A stretch of 64,000 nucleotides of DNA, from the NCBI GenBank assembly GCA_963813155.1, contig CAWEYG010000003.1, positions 1 to 64,000 on the forward strand, written 5' to 3'. Positions within the stretch are counted from its first letter, which is position 1; each line of letters starts with the position of its first letter. Made by a program: the position numbers and the translations under genes. Source of the DNA: an uncultured Acidobacteriota bacterium (GTDB taxonomy: Bacteria; Acidobacteriota; Thermoanaerobaculia; UBA5066; DATFVB01). Positions 24,410-35,580 of the stretch are shown piece by piece. Below the pieces are notes generated by a model that was given only the letters and a program-made list of their open reading frames with translations, did no database searches and was not told the DNA's origin.

Positions 24410-26227
24410 GTGAATCTTTCTTCGCTCCTCTCGGCCGTTCGAGGGCCCCGGCCGGGAGCGCGGTTTCTCGAGAGCAAGCGCGAGGCGGTCGAGTCGTTCG
24501 TGCAGTTCGAGCGGGGAGGGGAGCGGCCGCGGTATCCCCTCGAGATCTTCCTCGAGGTGAGCAACGTCTGCGACCTGCGGTGCGTCATGTGCCCGAGGTT
24601 CTCCGCCTTCAACCCGGCGCGGAAACAGGCGATCTGGGACGTCGATCCAGGTTTCCTCGAAACCGATCCGGCGACGCTCGCCCTCGGGCCTCTGCTCGAG
24701 CATGCGCTCGTCGTGCACGCGTTCGGGTACGGCGAGCCGACGATCCATCCGAGCTTTCCGTCGTTCCTGCAGCACGTGGCGAATTACGAAGTCCTGATCG
24801 ACTTTTTCACGAACGGGATGCACCTGACCGAAGAGCTCGTCGCGCAGCTCGTCGAGCTCTCGATCTTCCAGATCACGGTCAGCTTTTCCGGGACGACGGC
24901 GGCGCTGTACGAGAACGTCTACCAGGGAGGAGGATTCGAGCGCGTCCTCTCCGGCCTCGCCCGGCTGAGGGACGCGAAGGCCGCCGCGGGCAGCGCTTTT
25001 CCGAGAGTTGCCATCAACTCGCTGTCTTTCGATCACCACGTTCGAGACCTCGACGGTTTCATCGTCCTGATGGCGGACCACGGGGTCGAAAGGGTAGAGG
25101 TCACGCGCCTCCTCGAGCACGAGGCCTCGCTGCCGCAGCTCAAGGGACACGCGGCGAACTTCCGAGCTCCGGAAACACGCGAGGCGGTCGAGCGCGCCTA
25201 CGCAATGGCGGCCACACGGGGAGTCCGGCTCGCGCTGCATCCCATGATCGAAGCGGATCTCGCCCTGCCCCCGGAGACCGGACCGATCGCCCCGGGGGTG
25301 GCCGTGCCGCCGCCTCCGGTGGAACACTTCAAGGAGATCGCGAAGACGCTGCCGGTCCTTCCCCGAACCGACGACAGCGAACCGAAGATCGAGGTGATCG
25401 ATCTGGAGCGCGATTCGATCGGCGAGATCCGCCGCCGCCTGGTGGTGGGCAGCCCTCCGCGGGGCGCCGGGGATCGGCCGTTCTACTGCATGGAGCCGTT
25501 CAAGACGTTCTACCTGCGGCGCGGCGGGCAGGTGAAGACGTGCTGCTACATGATGGACAACTCTCCGCAGATGGGCGACATCCGCCGATCGACGGGGGAG
25601 CAGATCTGGAACGGAAGCGCGTTCGAAACCGTCCGGGGCGCGATTTTGAACGGCCAGTATCCCCTCCGGGCCTGCGGCGGCTGCCTCGCGAACAGCCAGG
25701 CGCCGGCGGCGCACGGGGTGGGCCTCATGATTCGGAACTACCTGGCCTGGACCAAATCGAATCCGCGCGCCCCTCTCGACGTGGACACGGCGGCCTGGCT
25801 CGATCGGTCGACGGGAGCGGACCTGGTTGACCGCCTGTTCGAGGCGCGAGCAGAGACTCTCGGTCTCCCCGATTCGGTTGCCCGCGCACAGAGGCTCGTC
25901 GAACTTCTCCAGGAGGACCCGTCGTGGTCCGCGGCTGTCGAGGGCTGGGTGGACCATGTTTCGGAGCACGGTGTCGCGGGCTGGATCTGGTCTCCGCTGT
26001 TCCCGGAGCTGCGAGTGCCGATTTCGCTCTGGCTCGGAGAGCGCAAGGTCGCGGAGTCGATCGCCCGGGAGTTCCGATCCGATCTTTTCGGATCCGGAAA
26101 AGGGGACGGACGTTACGGTTTCACCTTCCGGGTGCGGTTGTCGCGACGGGAAGCGGAGGGCGCCGTCGTGAGAATCGGCGATTCGCCGAGCTCGGTCGAA
26201 AGAATTCCGACAATCGGAGGAGTGTAG
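24410..26227 (+). CDS. Radical SAM/SPASM-type protein with C-terminal beta domain
   Basis: CDLRCVMC (CxxxCxxC), GYGEP, FTNG, CMEPF...TCC...CGGC. Confidence 0.85.
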   Translation: MNLSSLLSAVRGPRPGARFLESKREAVESFVQFERGGERPRYPLEIFLEVSNVCDLRCVMCPRFSAFNPARKQAIWDVDPGFLETDPATLALGPLLEHALVVHAFGYGEPTIHPSFPSFLQHVANYEVLIDFFTNGMHLTEELVAQLVELSIFQITVSFSGTTAALYENVYQGGGFERVLSGLARLRDAKAAAGSAFPRVAINSLSFDHHVRDLDGFIVLMADHGVERVEVTRLLEHEASLPQLKGHAANFRAPETREAVERAYAMAATRGVRLALHPMIEADLALPPETGPIAPGVAVPPPPVEHFKEIAKTLPVLPRTDDSEPKIEVIDLERDSIGEIRRRLVVGSPPRGAGDRPFYCMEPFKTFYLRRGGQVKTCCYMMDNSPQMGDIRRSTGEQIWNGSAFETVRGAILNGQYPLRACGGCLANSQAPAAHGVGLMIRNYLAWTKSNPRAPLDVDTAAWLDRSTGADLVDRLFEARAETLGLPDSVARAQRLVELLQEDPSWSAAVEGWVDHVSEHGVAGWIWSPLFPELRVPISLWLGERKVAESIAREFRSDLFGSGKGDGRYGFTFRVRLSRREAEGAVVRIGDSPSSVERIPTIGGV

Positions 26228-26248
26228 GCCCGCCCTCGCTCGATTAGA

Positions 26249-27919
26249 ATGTCCGCGATGGCGACGGTCCGAAGCTCGATCCGCGCGGCCCGGGGCATTC
26301 AGCTGCGGGCGAAGTCGTGGCTCACCGAGGCGCCCCTCCGGATGCTGGAGAACAATCTCGACCCGGACGTCGCCGAGAATCCCGACCAGCTGATCGTCTA
26401 CGGCGGGTCGGGCAAGGCGGCGAGAAACTGGGAGTGCTTCGAGAAGATCGTCGAGACTCTCAAGCGATTGAACGGCAACGAGACTCTCCTCGTGCAGTCC
26501 GGCAAACCGGTCGGGGTTTTCGAGACGCACCCGAACGCGCCCCGCGTGCTGATCTCCAACTCGATGCTCGTACCCGCCTGGGCGACCGGCGACGAGTTCC
26601 GCCGGCTCGAGGGGCTGGGCCTCACGATGTACGGCCAGATGACGGCGGGCTCGTGGATTTACATCGGGTCGCAGGGGATCGTTCAGGGCACGTTCGAGAC
26701 GCTCGCGGAAGCCGGGCGGCGCCATTTCGGGGGAGATCTCTCGGGCCGGTTGTTCGTGACCGCCGGTCTCGGAGGAATGGGCGGCGCTCAGCCTCTGGCG
26801 GCGGCCATGAACGGGGCGACGGCTCTCGTCGCCGAGGTGGACACGGACAGGACCGACAAGCGCCTTCGCACGCGGTACCTGGACGAAAGGATCGACGACC
26901 TCGATGCCGCGATCGACCGAGCGCTCGCGGAGAGGGACGCGCGGCGAGCCGTGTCGATCGGCGTGACGGCCAATGCCGTCGACCTCCTGGAGCGGCTGCT
27001 CGCCCGCGGCGTCGTCCCGGACATTCTTACGGACCAGACCTCCGCGCACGACGAGCTCGGCGGCTACGTTCCGCACGGCATTCCCTATGCCGAAGCTCTT
27101 CGCCTTCGGCGGGACGACCCCGCCGAGTACATCCGGCGCGCGTATGCCTCCATGGCGGCCCACGTCCGGGCAATGCTCGCGCTTCAGGATCGCGGGGCCG
27201 TCACATTCGACTATGGCAACAATCTCCGCGGCCAGGCGCGAAAAGCGGGCGTCGAGAACGCTTTCGGTTTTCCCGGCTTCGTTCCGGAATACATCCGACC
27301 TTTGTTCTGCGAAGGGAAGGGCCCGTTCCGCTGGGCGGCGCTGTCCGGCGATCCGGAGGACATCCGCGAGACCGATCGCGCGCTCCTCGAGCTCTTTCCC
27401 AACGACGCGACGCTCCATCGGTGGATCCCTCTCGCGCAGGAGCGAATTGCGTTCCAGGGCCTGCCGGCCCGCATCTGCTGGCTCGGTTACCGCGAGCGCG
27501 ACCGGGCCGGCGTGCTCTTCAACGAGCTCGTGCGAACCGGAAGGGTCAAGGCTCCGATCGTGATCGGCCGGGACCACCTCGACGCGGGGTCCGTCGCTTC
27601 GCCGAATCGCGAGACCGAGGCGATGCGCGACGGCTCGGACGCGATCGCCGACTGGCCGATTCTCAATGCCCTGCTGAACACCGCCTCGGGCGCGACCTGG
27701 GTTTCGGTGCACCACGGGGGAGGCGTGGGAATCGGTTATTCGATCCACGCGGGAGTCGTCGTCGTCGCGGACGGCACGCCGGAAGCGGAATCTCGCCTGC
27801 GGCGCGTTCTCACGAACGATCCGGGAACGGGAGTCATGCGGCACGCGGACGCCGGGTACGAGACGGCGATCGAGACCGCCCGGGCCCGCGGGCTGGATCT
27901 TCCGATGCGCCGAGAGTGA
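26249..27919 (+). CDS. hutU: Urocanate hydratase
   Basis: [51 protein letters not shown]; start may be ATG 26258. Confidence 0.98.
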   Translation: MSAMATVRSSIRAARGIQLRAKSWLTEAPLRMLENNLDPDVAENPDQLIVYGGSGKAARNWECFEKIVETLKRLNGNETLLVQSGKPVGVFETHPNAPRVLISNSMLVPAWATGDEFRRLEGLGLTMYGQMTAGSWIYIGSQGIVQGTFETLAEAGRRHFGGDLSGRLFVTAGLGGMGGAQPLAAAMNGATALVAEVDTDRTDKRLRTRYLDERIDDLDAAIDRALAERDARRAVSIGVTANAVDLLERLLARGVVPDILTDQTSAHDELGGYVPHGIPYAEALRLRRDDPAEYIRRAYASMAAHVRAMLALQDRGAVTFDYGNNLRGQARKAGVENAFGFPGFVPEYIRPLFCEGKGPFRWAALSGDPEDIRETDRALLELFPNDATLHRWIPLAQERIAFQGLPARICWLGYRERDRAGVLFNELVRTGRVKAPIVIGRDHLDAGSVASPNRETEAMRDGSDAIADWPILNALLNTASGATWVSVHHGGGVGIGYSIHAGVVVVADGTPEAESRLRRVLTNDPGTGVMRHADAGYETAIETARARGLDLPMRRE

Positions 27920-30900
27920 GCGCGCTTCTCCTCGCCTCCTTTCTCTTTCTCGCGAAACCTCCATCCGCTGCCGGCTCCGCCCCCAGCCGCGGCTCCGAGC
28001 CGCGCGGTGGTGCTCGAGCGGGCGCGTCTGGAGACCGGTTGGAGCGACCTCGACCGGCGCGCATCGAAGTTCCTGGCCGAGGGCTCCGTCGAAAGCCAGC
28101 TCCAGGGCGGCGGCATCGCGTTTGACCGGGTCGCTCTCTTCGCGGCGGCCGGCCGCGCGCTCTCGGGAGCTCCGTCCGGCTCTTCTGTGCTCCTCGAGGA
28201 TCCCGGGGGGACGCCGATCGCCTGGGCCGGACGCTCGCCCGCCTTTCTCCCCACGGACAGGCCGGAAGGCGCCGTCTGGTCGGCGGACTCCGTCACGTTT
28301 TTCCAGAACCGGCCCGTTTCCGTGCCGCACGCGGCGACTCCCGGACGGCTCGTCGTGTCGTGGTGGAATCCCCGCGGCGGGACTTCCTTTCGTCTCGATC
28401 CCTCCGGAGGGGCGCCGTGGGCGCCCGCCGCGAGCCCGCGCCCGTGGGCGACGATCGTCGAAGCGCCCGCGCCCGCGAAGCTGCCGGAAGAGCGACGGCG
28501 GGAGGCTTCGTGCGCCTTCCTGGCGGGCTCGCTCCTGCTTTTTCTCTGGGGGGCCGGCCGGCCTCCGAAGCGGCCGGGGACCCGGGAGATCCTCGCGGCG
28601 GTTGCCGTTCTCTGGGCGGCGGCCGGCGCGGTTTCGGTCGGCTCTCTCGCGCCCCGGTTGGAGCCGGCCGACTATTTTCGAGACGCCACGACGCTGTTCG
28701 GCTTTTGCTTTGCCGTGCTCGCGGCCTCCCTTCTCGTTCTCGCGGGAGAGAGCGCGCCCCGTTGGGGCCTCGCCATCGCCCTTTCCGCGGCGGCATTCGG
28801 ATGCGGAGTCCTCTGGCCCGGAAGCTCGCCCGCCGCCGCGGCCGCTTTCGGACTCGCGTTCGCGGCCCTCCTGGCGGCCGCGAGGGGGCCCCGGCGCCTC
28901 CTGACCAGCGTCTCGGCGGCGGCTCTCTGCGCGGCGGCGCTGTTCGGAGCGCTGTCGCTCTGGCGCGAGTCGCGCGACGCCGTGGAGTCGTCGCGCCGGC
29001 GGCAGGCCGAGCTCGTCCACCGCCCGACGGTTCGCGAGCTCTCCGCTTCGGCGGCGGCCCAGCTCCCGTCGCAGCTTGCGATCGCGGCATCACGGTTTTC
29101 GGGCGCGGACGAGGAGGACCTCGGCGACCTCGCGTTCGTCCTCTGGAAGGCGACGGGACTCGGAGAGCGGGCCCCCGTCTCCGGCATCCGGCTCTGGAGG
29201 GAAGGGCGGCTCGTGTCGCGATTCGCGGCGGGGATTCCTCTCGAAGCTTCGACCCAGGTTGTCGTCGGGGGGACCGCCGTGCCAATCGAGCGGACGCGCA
29301 TCCCCCTGCAGGAGCGGCCCGAATTCAAGCGCGGGGAAGCTCCGCAGGAAGCGGAGATCGAGGTCGGCGACTGGCCGGCGGGGAGGCCTCTGCCCCTTCC
29401 GATTCGCGATTACCGCGAGCTCCTGCTCCCGGCACAGGTGCCTCCGCGCGGATCGGACCCGTCGCGGGAGTCTCTCGGGAACCGCGTTCTCGAGTCGTTC
29501 ACGGCGGGAACGGCGGCTTTCATCGCGCTCGTGATCGTCGGGGGGGCGTGGGCGCTGACGGGGACTGCGCGCCGCCGGTTCGCTCCGCGAACCTTCCGGG
29601 GCAGGATCACGGCCATTTTCACGCTCCTTGTCCTGGTCCCGTTCGTCGCCGTGACGATCTTCATCCGCCAGAGCCTCGCGGCCCGCCTCCGCCGGGAAAC
29701 CGTCCTGCACGCCCAGACGGCCCTCGCGACTGCGAGAACCGTGCTCGACGATTATCTGTTCGCCGCCGGAACGTCTCCCGGCCGGCGGCAGCTCATCGAC
29801 GACGATCTCCTCGCCTGGATGGCGAAGATCGTGGGTCATGACCTGTCGATCTACACCGACGGGCGGCTCTATTCGACGAGCCGCCGCGAGTTGTTTTCCT
29901 CGGGCCTGCTCCCGGAGAGGATCGAGGGAAAGTCGCTGGCAGGTCTGCTCGGTTCGCCGGACCAGTTCGTCGTCGAGTCGCGGAGCGTTCGCGGCCGGCG
30001 ATTCGACCAGGTGGAGGCGACGCTCACGTCCATCGCGAGCCAGCTCTCCCTTTCCGGCCCCGCCGTCCTCTCGATCCCGCTGCTCCCGGAGCAGCGGGAG
30101 TCCGAGGAGGAGCTCGCGAGGCTGTCCTCGAGCCTCACGGCGTTCACCGTTCTCGTCTTCGGGCTCTCCCTGGTTCTCGGCGCGCGCGTCGCGTTCCGGG
30201 TGAGCGGCCCGATCGGCGACCTCGTGGAAGGAACTCGCGCGGTCGCGCACGGGGAGGTTCCCCGGATCCCCCTCCCGGAGGACGAGGAGCTCCGGCGCCT
30301 CGTGGAGGCGTTTCTCTCGATGGCGGCGACGCTGGACGCCCAGCGCGACGACGTGGCCCGCGCCCAGCGCCTTCAAGCCTGGGCGGAGATGGCCCGCATC
30401 ATCGCGCACGAAATCAAGAACCCCCTCACTCCGATTCGGCTCTCGGCCGAGCATCTGCGCGAGGTGTCGCGGCGAGGCGATCCGAACCGGGATCGGGTGC
30501 TCGAGGAATGCGTCGCGAACATCCTGAAACAGACCGAAATGCTTCGCTCCATCGCGGCCGAATTCGCCGACTTCGCCCGCCTCCGCGAGCCCCGCCGGGA
30601 GGATGTCGAGCTTCGCGGTCTCGTCGACGAAGTGGTCCGCTCGTTTTCGGCCGCGTCCGCCGTTCGATGGGAAGTCGACGTCCCGGAAGCGCGCGTCCAT
30701 GCGGACCCGAAGCTGCTCGCGCGCGCGCTGACGAACCTCGTCGCGAATTCCCGCGAGGCGCTGGGCCCCTCCGGAGGAACGATCCGAATCCTCGCGCGGC
30801 GCCTCGGCGCGCGCTGGACGATGCGCGTCGAAGACGACGGGCCGGGTGTCGCGACCGAGAATCAGGCGAAGCTGTTCGAGCCGTATTTTTCGTCGAAGAG

Positions 30901-31033
30901 CGGGGGCAGCGGGCTCGGCCTCGCGATCGTTCGAAAGATCGCGCAGGAACACGGGGGGGACGCCCGGGCGGAGAGACTGTCTCCGCGCGGTTTCGCGGTG
31001 GAGTTCGATTTTCAGGACTCCGGCGGCGTATGA
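27916..31033 (+). CDS. Large multi-TM HAMP sensor histidine kinase (NtrY-like), probable frameshift near the 5' end
   Basis: [33 protein letters not shown]; signal-like N-terminus from GTG 27916 is out of frame with ORF 28007. Confidence 0.85.
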
Positions 31034-32556
31034 TTCCGGGGCCGTCCATGCGAATGTCTCCCAGGCAATGGATCTCCGCCACGGCGATGTCGTCGCTCGC
31101 GCTCGCCGTTCTCGCCGGCTGCAGAGGAGGAGTCGACGGCCCGCACCGCCGGAATCCAGCGGGGATGTCGATCGATTTTTCGGAGAGCGCTTCTTCGGTT
31201 CCGGCGGAGTTGCTCTCGCGGCTCAAGGCGATCGGCGTGCGCTCCGTGTTCGTGCCGGCCGTCGGCCTCGATTCCGAGCGGGGCGCGCCCCGTTTCGAGC
31301 CCGTGCCTCCTCCCGTTTCGCCCTACCCGTTTCCGGTGTATCTCGTCGTGCGGGGAACGGGCGATCTCGACTCGTACTTCAAGGCCGCCGCCGGAAGGGC
31401 GGGCGACGAGATCTGGAAGGCGATTCAGCCGGCACTGTCTTCCGGCCGGTACGGCGACATTGCCGGCGTCCACCTGGATCTTCGCGTCGTCGACGCGCCC
31501 GGCGAGTACGCTTCGGCTCTCGGATCGATCCGGAGCCGGCTGGCCCGGTCCATGACGCTGTCGGCATCGGTCGAAGCGAAGCTCACGGAAGACCAGGCCC
31601 GAAAATGGAGGTCGGTCGGCCGCGAGGTCGACTTCCTCGTTCCCGTCGTGTACGGCCGGGTCGGAGCGCCGGGGACCGAGGGAGCGCGAGTGTCGGGCTC
31701 GCCGGCGCAGGCCGTGGAGATCGGCCGCTCCATGTTCCCCGAGTACTGTCCCCAGGGCTGGGGGCTCTTCCAGCCCCGGAGCGGGCCGGCCCGATCTGTC
31801 TCCGACGCGGCGATCAACGATCTCTCGGAGGATCGGCGTTTCGACTTCGAGTTCGGATCGCTCCTTTCCGACGCGGATGAAAACGTCTACATCTTTCGGG
31901 CGCGCCAGCCCGGCAACCGTGCGGCAGGGGGCGTGGGCGCGTTCGAGTCGGGGGACACGGTCACGTTCTGGGAGAATCGGCTGTCGGATTTCACGCAAAG
32001 CCTTTCGGACCCCCTCGCGGCGCGCGGCAAGATCATTCGGCTTCGCTCGCTCGACGACGAGGATCGCCTCATCGGCTTCTCCGCGATCGAGGACATTCTC
32101 CTCGGCCGGAAGCTCGAGCCGAAGCTGACCTTCAGCCGGTCGGCCGGCCAGGGCGAAGTGACGTTTCTCGTGTTGAATTCCTCGCCCGAGTGCTCGGAGC
32201 TCTCGAGGCTGAACAACTGGGTCGACCTTCGGATGGAGGGAGGGCGGCTTCTGGACATCCATCCGGGAGACTTCGACCGATTCGAATTTCTCGATGCCGC
32301 CGGAAAGCAGTCGATCGCGGCCCGCGCGAGAACGATCCGGTTCTTCGAGAACTTCGTCGCTCCGGGAGAATCGATGACCGCGGGGCCGATTCGCTATTCG
32401 GGCAATGCGACGTTCTTCGCCTCGGCGCACGTGACGCTTCCGGACGGGAAAGTTCTCGAGGTCGGCGAGTCGCTCGTCGCCGAGGTGCCGGGCGGCGGTT
32501 CGCCGCCTTCAGCCGAGAAGCCGCCGGGCCGCCCGAAGAGCGGCATTCGCCGCTAG
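31030..32556 (+). CDS. Uncharacterised lipoprotein (possible TIM-barrel/GH18-like N-terminal domain)
   Basis: Lipobox LAGC, AGVHLDL, VDFLVPVVY; ATGA-coupled to the kinase. Confidence 0.6.
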   Translation: MIPGPSMRMSPRQWISATAMSSLALAVLAGCRGGVDGPHRRNPAGMSIDFSESASSVPAELLSRLKAIGVRSVFVPAVGLDSERGAPRFEPVPPPVSPYPFPVYLVVRGTGDLDSYFKAAAGRAGDEIWKAIQPALSSGRYGDIAGVHLDLRVVDAPGEYASALGSIRSRLARSMTLSASVEAKLTEDQARKWRSVGREVDFLVPVVYGRVGAPGTEGARVSGSPAQAVEIGRSMFPEYCPQGWGLFQPRSGPARSVSDAAINDLSEDRRFDFEFGSLLSDADENVYIFRARQPGNRAAGGVGAFESGDTVTFWENRLSDFTQSLSDPLAARGKIIRLRSLDDEDRLIGFSAIEDILLGRKLEPKLTFSRSAGQGEVTFLVLNSSPECSELSRLNNWVDLRMEGGRLLDIHPGDFDRFEFLDAAGKQSIAARARTIRFFENFVAPGESMTAGPIRYSGNATFFASAHVTLPDGKVLEVGESLVAEVPGGGSPPSAEKPPGRPKSGIRR

Positions 32557-33384
32557 CGAAAGACCGTCGAACGCGAACCAGACGGATACGCGTTCCGACG
32601 CCAGAACCGGCGGATCGAGCATCACGCGGGTCTCCTCGACGGCCGCGGCCGTGGACGCTCCGCCCGGGGAGGCTCCCCGGGACAATTCCGGAGCGGCGCC
32701 GAGACGCCGAATCGCGCTCTTCGCCTCCCGCTCGTTCGCAAATCGCAGGAGGGCCGAGCCGGCGTACCCGTGAAAGACCGCGACCCGGGCGCAAATCGCG
32801 GAAATCCGGCACGGGGGGAAGCGGCGCTCGAGCGAGGATCGAACGGCAGTCTCCAGAGATTCCGACGCCCTGTCGCGGAACGCGTTGAAGGCGAGTCTCT
32901 CTCCGAAGACGGACGCCTCGGCCGGGCGAAAGTTCAGCGACGCTCCCGCTTGCGCGAAGAGCTCCTCGACGCCGCCGGCTCCGGCTTCGGAGGCGGGCAG
33001 AAGGATCGTGAACGAAGCTTCCGCGGGAAGCGGTTCGATCGCCGCCAGAATCGCAGCGCAGCCCTCGGCCGCGGGTGGCTCGTCGGCGACGTCGAACATC
33101 GGAATGCCGGCCGCGGAGGCGAGAGCCTTGCATTCGGCGTCCGCGGGCGAGCCCGCCAGGATCACGAGGTCGAGATCGCCGATCGACTCGCGGGTGGGGC
33201 CCTGCAGGACCTCCGCCTCTCCGTCGATCTCCCAGAGCTTGCCCGCCTCTTCGGCGTGCCCCAGCGGGACGAATCGGGACACGGGAAGGGAGTTCTCGTG
33301 AAAGACCTCGCGGAGCTGCCGGGCGAGCGGGCCCTTCGGATCGGTCAGGCCAATTCGGAGCTTGCGCTCGGCGGGACGCGTCAC
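32509..33384 (-). CDS. Degenerate Asd/ArgC-like protein
   Basis: FGERLAFN, CARVAVFHGY, WFAFDGL dimerisation-domain motifs; lacks the NPNC catalytic motif. Confidence 0.7.
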   Translation of the reverse strand: MTRPAERKLRIGLTDPKGPLARQLREVFHENSLPVSRFVPLGHAEEAGKLWEIDGEAEVLQGPTRESIGDLDLVILAGSPADAECKALASAAGIPMFDVADEPPAAEGCAAILAAIEPLPAEASFTILLPASEAGAGGVEELFAQAGASLNFRPAEASVFGERLAFNAFRDRASESLETAVRSSLERRFPPCRISAICARVAVFHGYAGSALLRFANEREAKSAIRRLGAAPELSRGASPGGASTAAAVEETRVMLDPPVLASERVSVWFAFDGLSLAANAALRAARRLLG

Positions 33385-34130
33385 GCGGACTTCTTGAACC
33401 GGGCGCGCACGAACGCGAAGGCTCGCGTCGCCGGGCCGGACAGGGCGAACACCGCGGAGACCGTCACGAGAGAAAACGCCGGGCGGAACCCGACGAGCGC
33501 CATCACGAGCGCGATGACGAGGAGGACGCCGACGGGCCGCTTCCTCTTGAGATCCAGGTCTTTGAAAGACCGGTATCGGATCGTCGAAACCATGAGGTAC
33601 GACAGCGCCGCCGTCATGGCGAGGAGAAGGAAGACGCCGACTCTCGTCAGGTGAGCCCCGGGCTGGGCGAGAACGAGGCCTGCGGGAACGGCGGCGGCCA
33701 TGGGGATCGGAAGACCGACGAAATAGCGCTTGTCGACGACGTGCGTCTGGATGTTGAAACGCGCGAGCCGCATCGAACCGCAGACGACGAACAGAAACGA
33801 GATCATGAAGCCCAGGCGTTTGAAGTCGGGGTCTCCCGAGAGCCCCCAGAAGTAGAGCAGGATGGCCGGAGCCATCCCGAACGAAATCACGTCGGCCAGC
33901 GAGTCGTATTGCTCGCCGAATTCCGACGCGGTGTTCGTCAGGCGGGCCACCCGGCCGTCGAGGCCGTCGAGCAGCGCGGCAATGAAGATGAGGCCGGCCG
34001 CCCATTCGAACGACGCATTGATCGAGTTCCACACCGACAGATATCCGCAAAAGAGGTTGCCGACCGTGAAAAGGGTCGGAAGAACATACAGACCGCGGCG
34101 CGAGAGCCGGCGCTTTTCCGCGACGGTCAA
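33381..34130 (-). CDS. pssA: CDP-diacylglycerol--serine O-phosphatidyltransferase
   Basis: LPTLFTVGN, DGLDGRVAR...FGEQYDSLADVISFG, RLARFN. Confidence 0.95.
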   Translation of the reverse strand: MTVAEKRRLSRRGLYVLPTLFTVGNLFCGYLSVWNSINASFEWAAGLIFIAALLDGLDGRVARLTNTASEFGEQYDSLADVISFGMAPAILLYFWGLSGDPDFKRLGFMISFLFVVCGSMRLARFNIQTHVVDKRYFVGLPIPMAAAVPAGLVLAQPGAHLTRVGVFLLLAMTAALSYLMVSTIRYRSFKDLDLKRKRPVGVLLVIALVMALVGFRPAFSLVTVSAVFALSGPATRAFAFVRARFKKSA

Positions 34131-34768
34131 TTCGATCCCGCCGTCCGCGCGATGACGCTCAGGCCCGCCTTGACCTTGTCGCCCTCGCGAACCGCGACGG
34201 CGGCCTCTTCGGGAAGGAAGAGGTCGACGCGGGAGCCGAAGCGGATCATGCCGATCCGCTCGCCGCGAGCCAGCGTGTCTCCGGGCTTCTTCCGGAAGAC
34301 GATTCGGCGCGCGAGCGCTCCGGCGATCTGCTTGAAAACGACGCGCCGGCCGTCGCCGGTCACCTCGATGCGGTTCTGCTCGTTTTCGAACGAGGCCTTG
34401 GGGGAGAAGGCCGCGAGCTTCTTGCCCGGCGAATAGGAATACGAGGTCACCGCGCCGGAGATCGGCGAGCGGTTCACGTGGCAGTTGACGACGGACATGA
34501 AGATGACGATCTTTTTCGGCAACCCCTTCGGCGTTTCGTTCGGTTCGGCCTGCCCGATCGACAGGATCGTTCCGTCGGCCGGGGAAAGAACGGCGTCGTC
34601 GGGGGCGGAGCTCGAGCGCTCCGGATCCCGGAAAAATTGAACGAGAAACGCCGTGACCATGAAAAAGGCGGCCGCCACCCAGATCGGAAGTGTTGCGGCC
34701 GCCAGAACCGTCAGGACGAGGGGCGGGACGATGAAGGCCCAGCCGCCTCGGGCGATCGGGAGTCTCAC
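34127..34768 (-). CDS. psd: Phosphatidylserine decarboxylase
   Basis: FFRDPER, SPADG, HVNRSP, QIAGALARRI, RFGSRVD. Confidence 0.95.
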   Translation of the reverse strand: MRLPIARGGWAFIVPPLVLTVLAAATLPIWVAAAFFMVTAFLVQFFRDPERSSSAPDDAVLSPADGTILSIGQAEPNETPKGLPKKIVIFMSVVNCHVNRSPISGAVTSYSYSPGKKLAAFSPKASFENEQNRIEVTGDGRRVVFKQIAGALARRIVFRKKPGDTLARGERIGMIRFGSRVDLFLPEEAAVAVREGDKVKAGLSVIARTAGSN

Positions 34769-34986
34769 GCGGTTGCGGTTTCGCGGTACCTGCGCAGGAT
34801 CGCCTCCATCTGGTCTTTCAAAGCGAGTTTTTCCTTTTTCAGACGCTTTTCTTCGAAGTCCTCTTCCTCGGTGAGATGGCCTTTCTCCGCGAGCTGGTGG
34901 AGAAGCTGTTCGTGCTCCTGATGAAGATGCGCGAGCCTCTGGTACTGTTCGTCCTGGACGAGCTCCATCGGTACCTCTCTCTCCAT
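34765..34986 (-). CDS. DUF465/YdcH family protein
   Basis: EKRLKKEKLALKDQM motif, 73 aa. Confidence 0.85.
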   Translation of the reverse strand: MEREVPMELVQDEQYQRLAHLHQEHEQLLHQLAEKGHLTEEEDFEEKRLKKEKLALKDQMEAILRRYRETATA

Positions 34987-35052
34987 TACCGACTCTCCTT
35001 TCCGTTTTGGATTTCGCGCCGGGGGGAAGAAACCGGGTTCACGGCAGGGATT

Positions 35053-35580
35053 TTATCGGGAGCGAACCCCCAGATCAAGGAGCGACAACATCATGACCAT
35101 CGCGTCTTCGCCGTCCTTGTAATACCGGCGGCGTCGCCCGATCTCGATGAAACCAAACCCCGAATAGAATCGGATGGCGAGCGCGTTCGAAAGGCGCACC
35201 TCGAGAACGATCGAGCTCGCGAGCTGCGACCGGCCCGCCGAGATGGCGTCGTTCATGAGGCGGGTGCCGTGTCCCTCGCCGCGGACGGCGGGGTCTGTCG
35301 CGATTTTGTTGATGTGGAATTCGTCGAAAAGCGTGACGGCAAAAAGGTAACCGCCGAGCCGGGGAGAGCCGCCGATCTGCCGGTCGAGGACGCGGTGGTA
35401 GCGATGGGAATCGCGCAACTCGCCCGCGAAAAATTCGCGCCGCCACGGAACGGGAAACGACGACGCCTCTATGGCGGCGATCGCGTCGAGGTCCCCTTCG
35501 TCCGCCGGCCGGAGGCGGTAGAGCGAGAATTCAGGGCGTGCCGAGGCCACGGTACTCCTCCGCCGCGGACAGGCGGACAT
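35053..35580 (-). CDS. rimI: Ribosomal-protein-alanine N-acetyltransferase
   Basis: SFPVPW, RGEGHG, LEVRLSN, RRRYY, EDAMVM; follows tsaB. Confidence 0.9.
   Translation of the reverse strand: MSACPRRRSTVASARPEFSLYRLRPADEGDLDAIAAIEASSFPVPWRREFFAGELRDSHRYHRVLDRQIGGSPRLGGYLFAVTLFDEFHINKIATDPAVRGEGHGTRLMNDAISAGRSQLASSIVLEVRLSNALAIRFYSGFGFIEIGRRRRYYKDGEDAMVMMLSLLDLGVRSR

Noticed and set aside
24410-26227. Radical SAM as maturase of the repeat peptide
   Set aside because: It lies 20 kb away in an unrelated context, with no recognisable RRE domain.
22901-29020. 2039-aa antisense ORF and other long Arg/Pro/Gly-rich overlapping ORFs
   Set aside because: Typical high-GC shadow frames opposite well-conserved genes; no recognisable domains.
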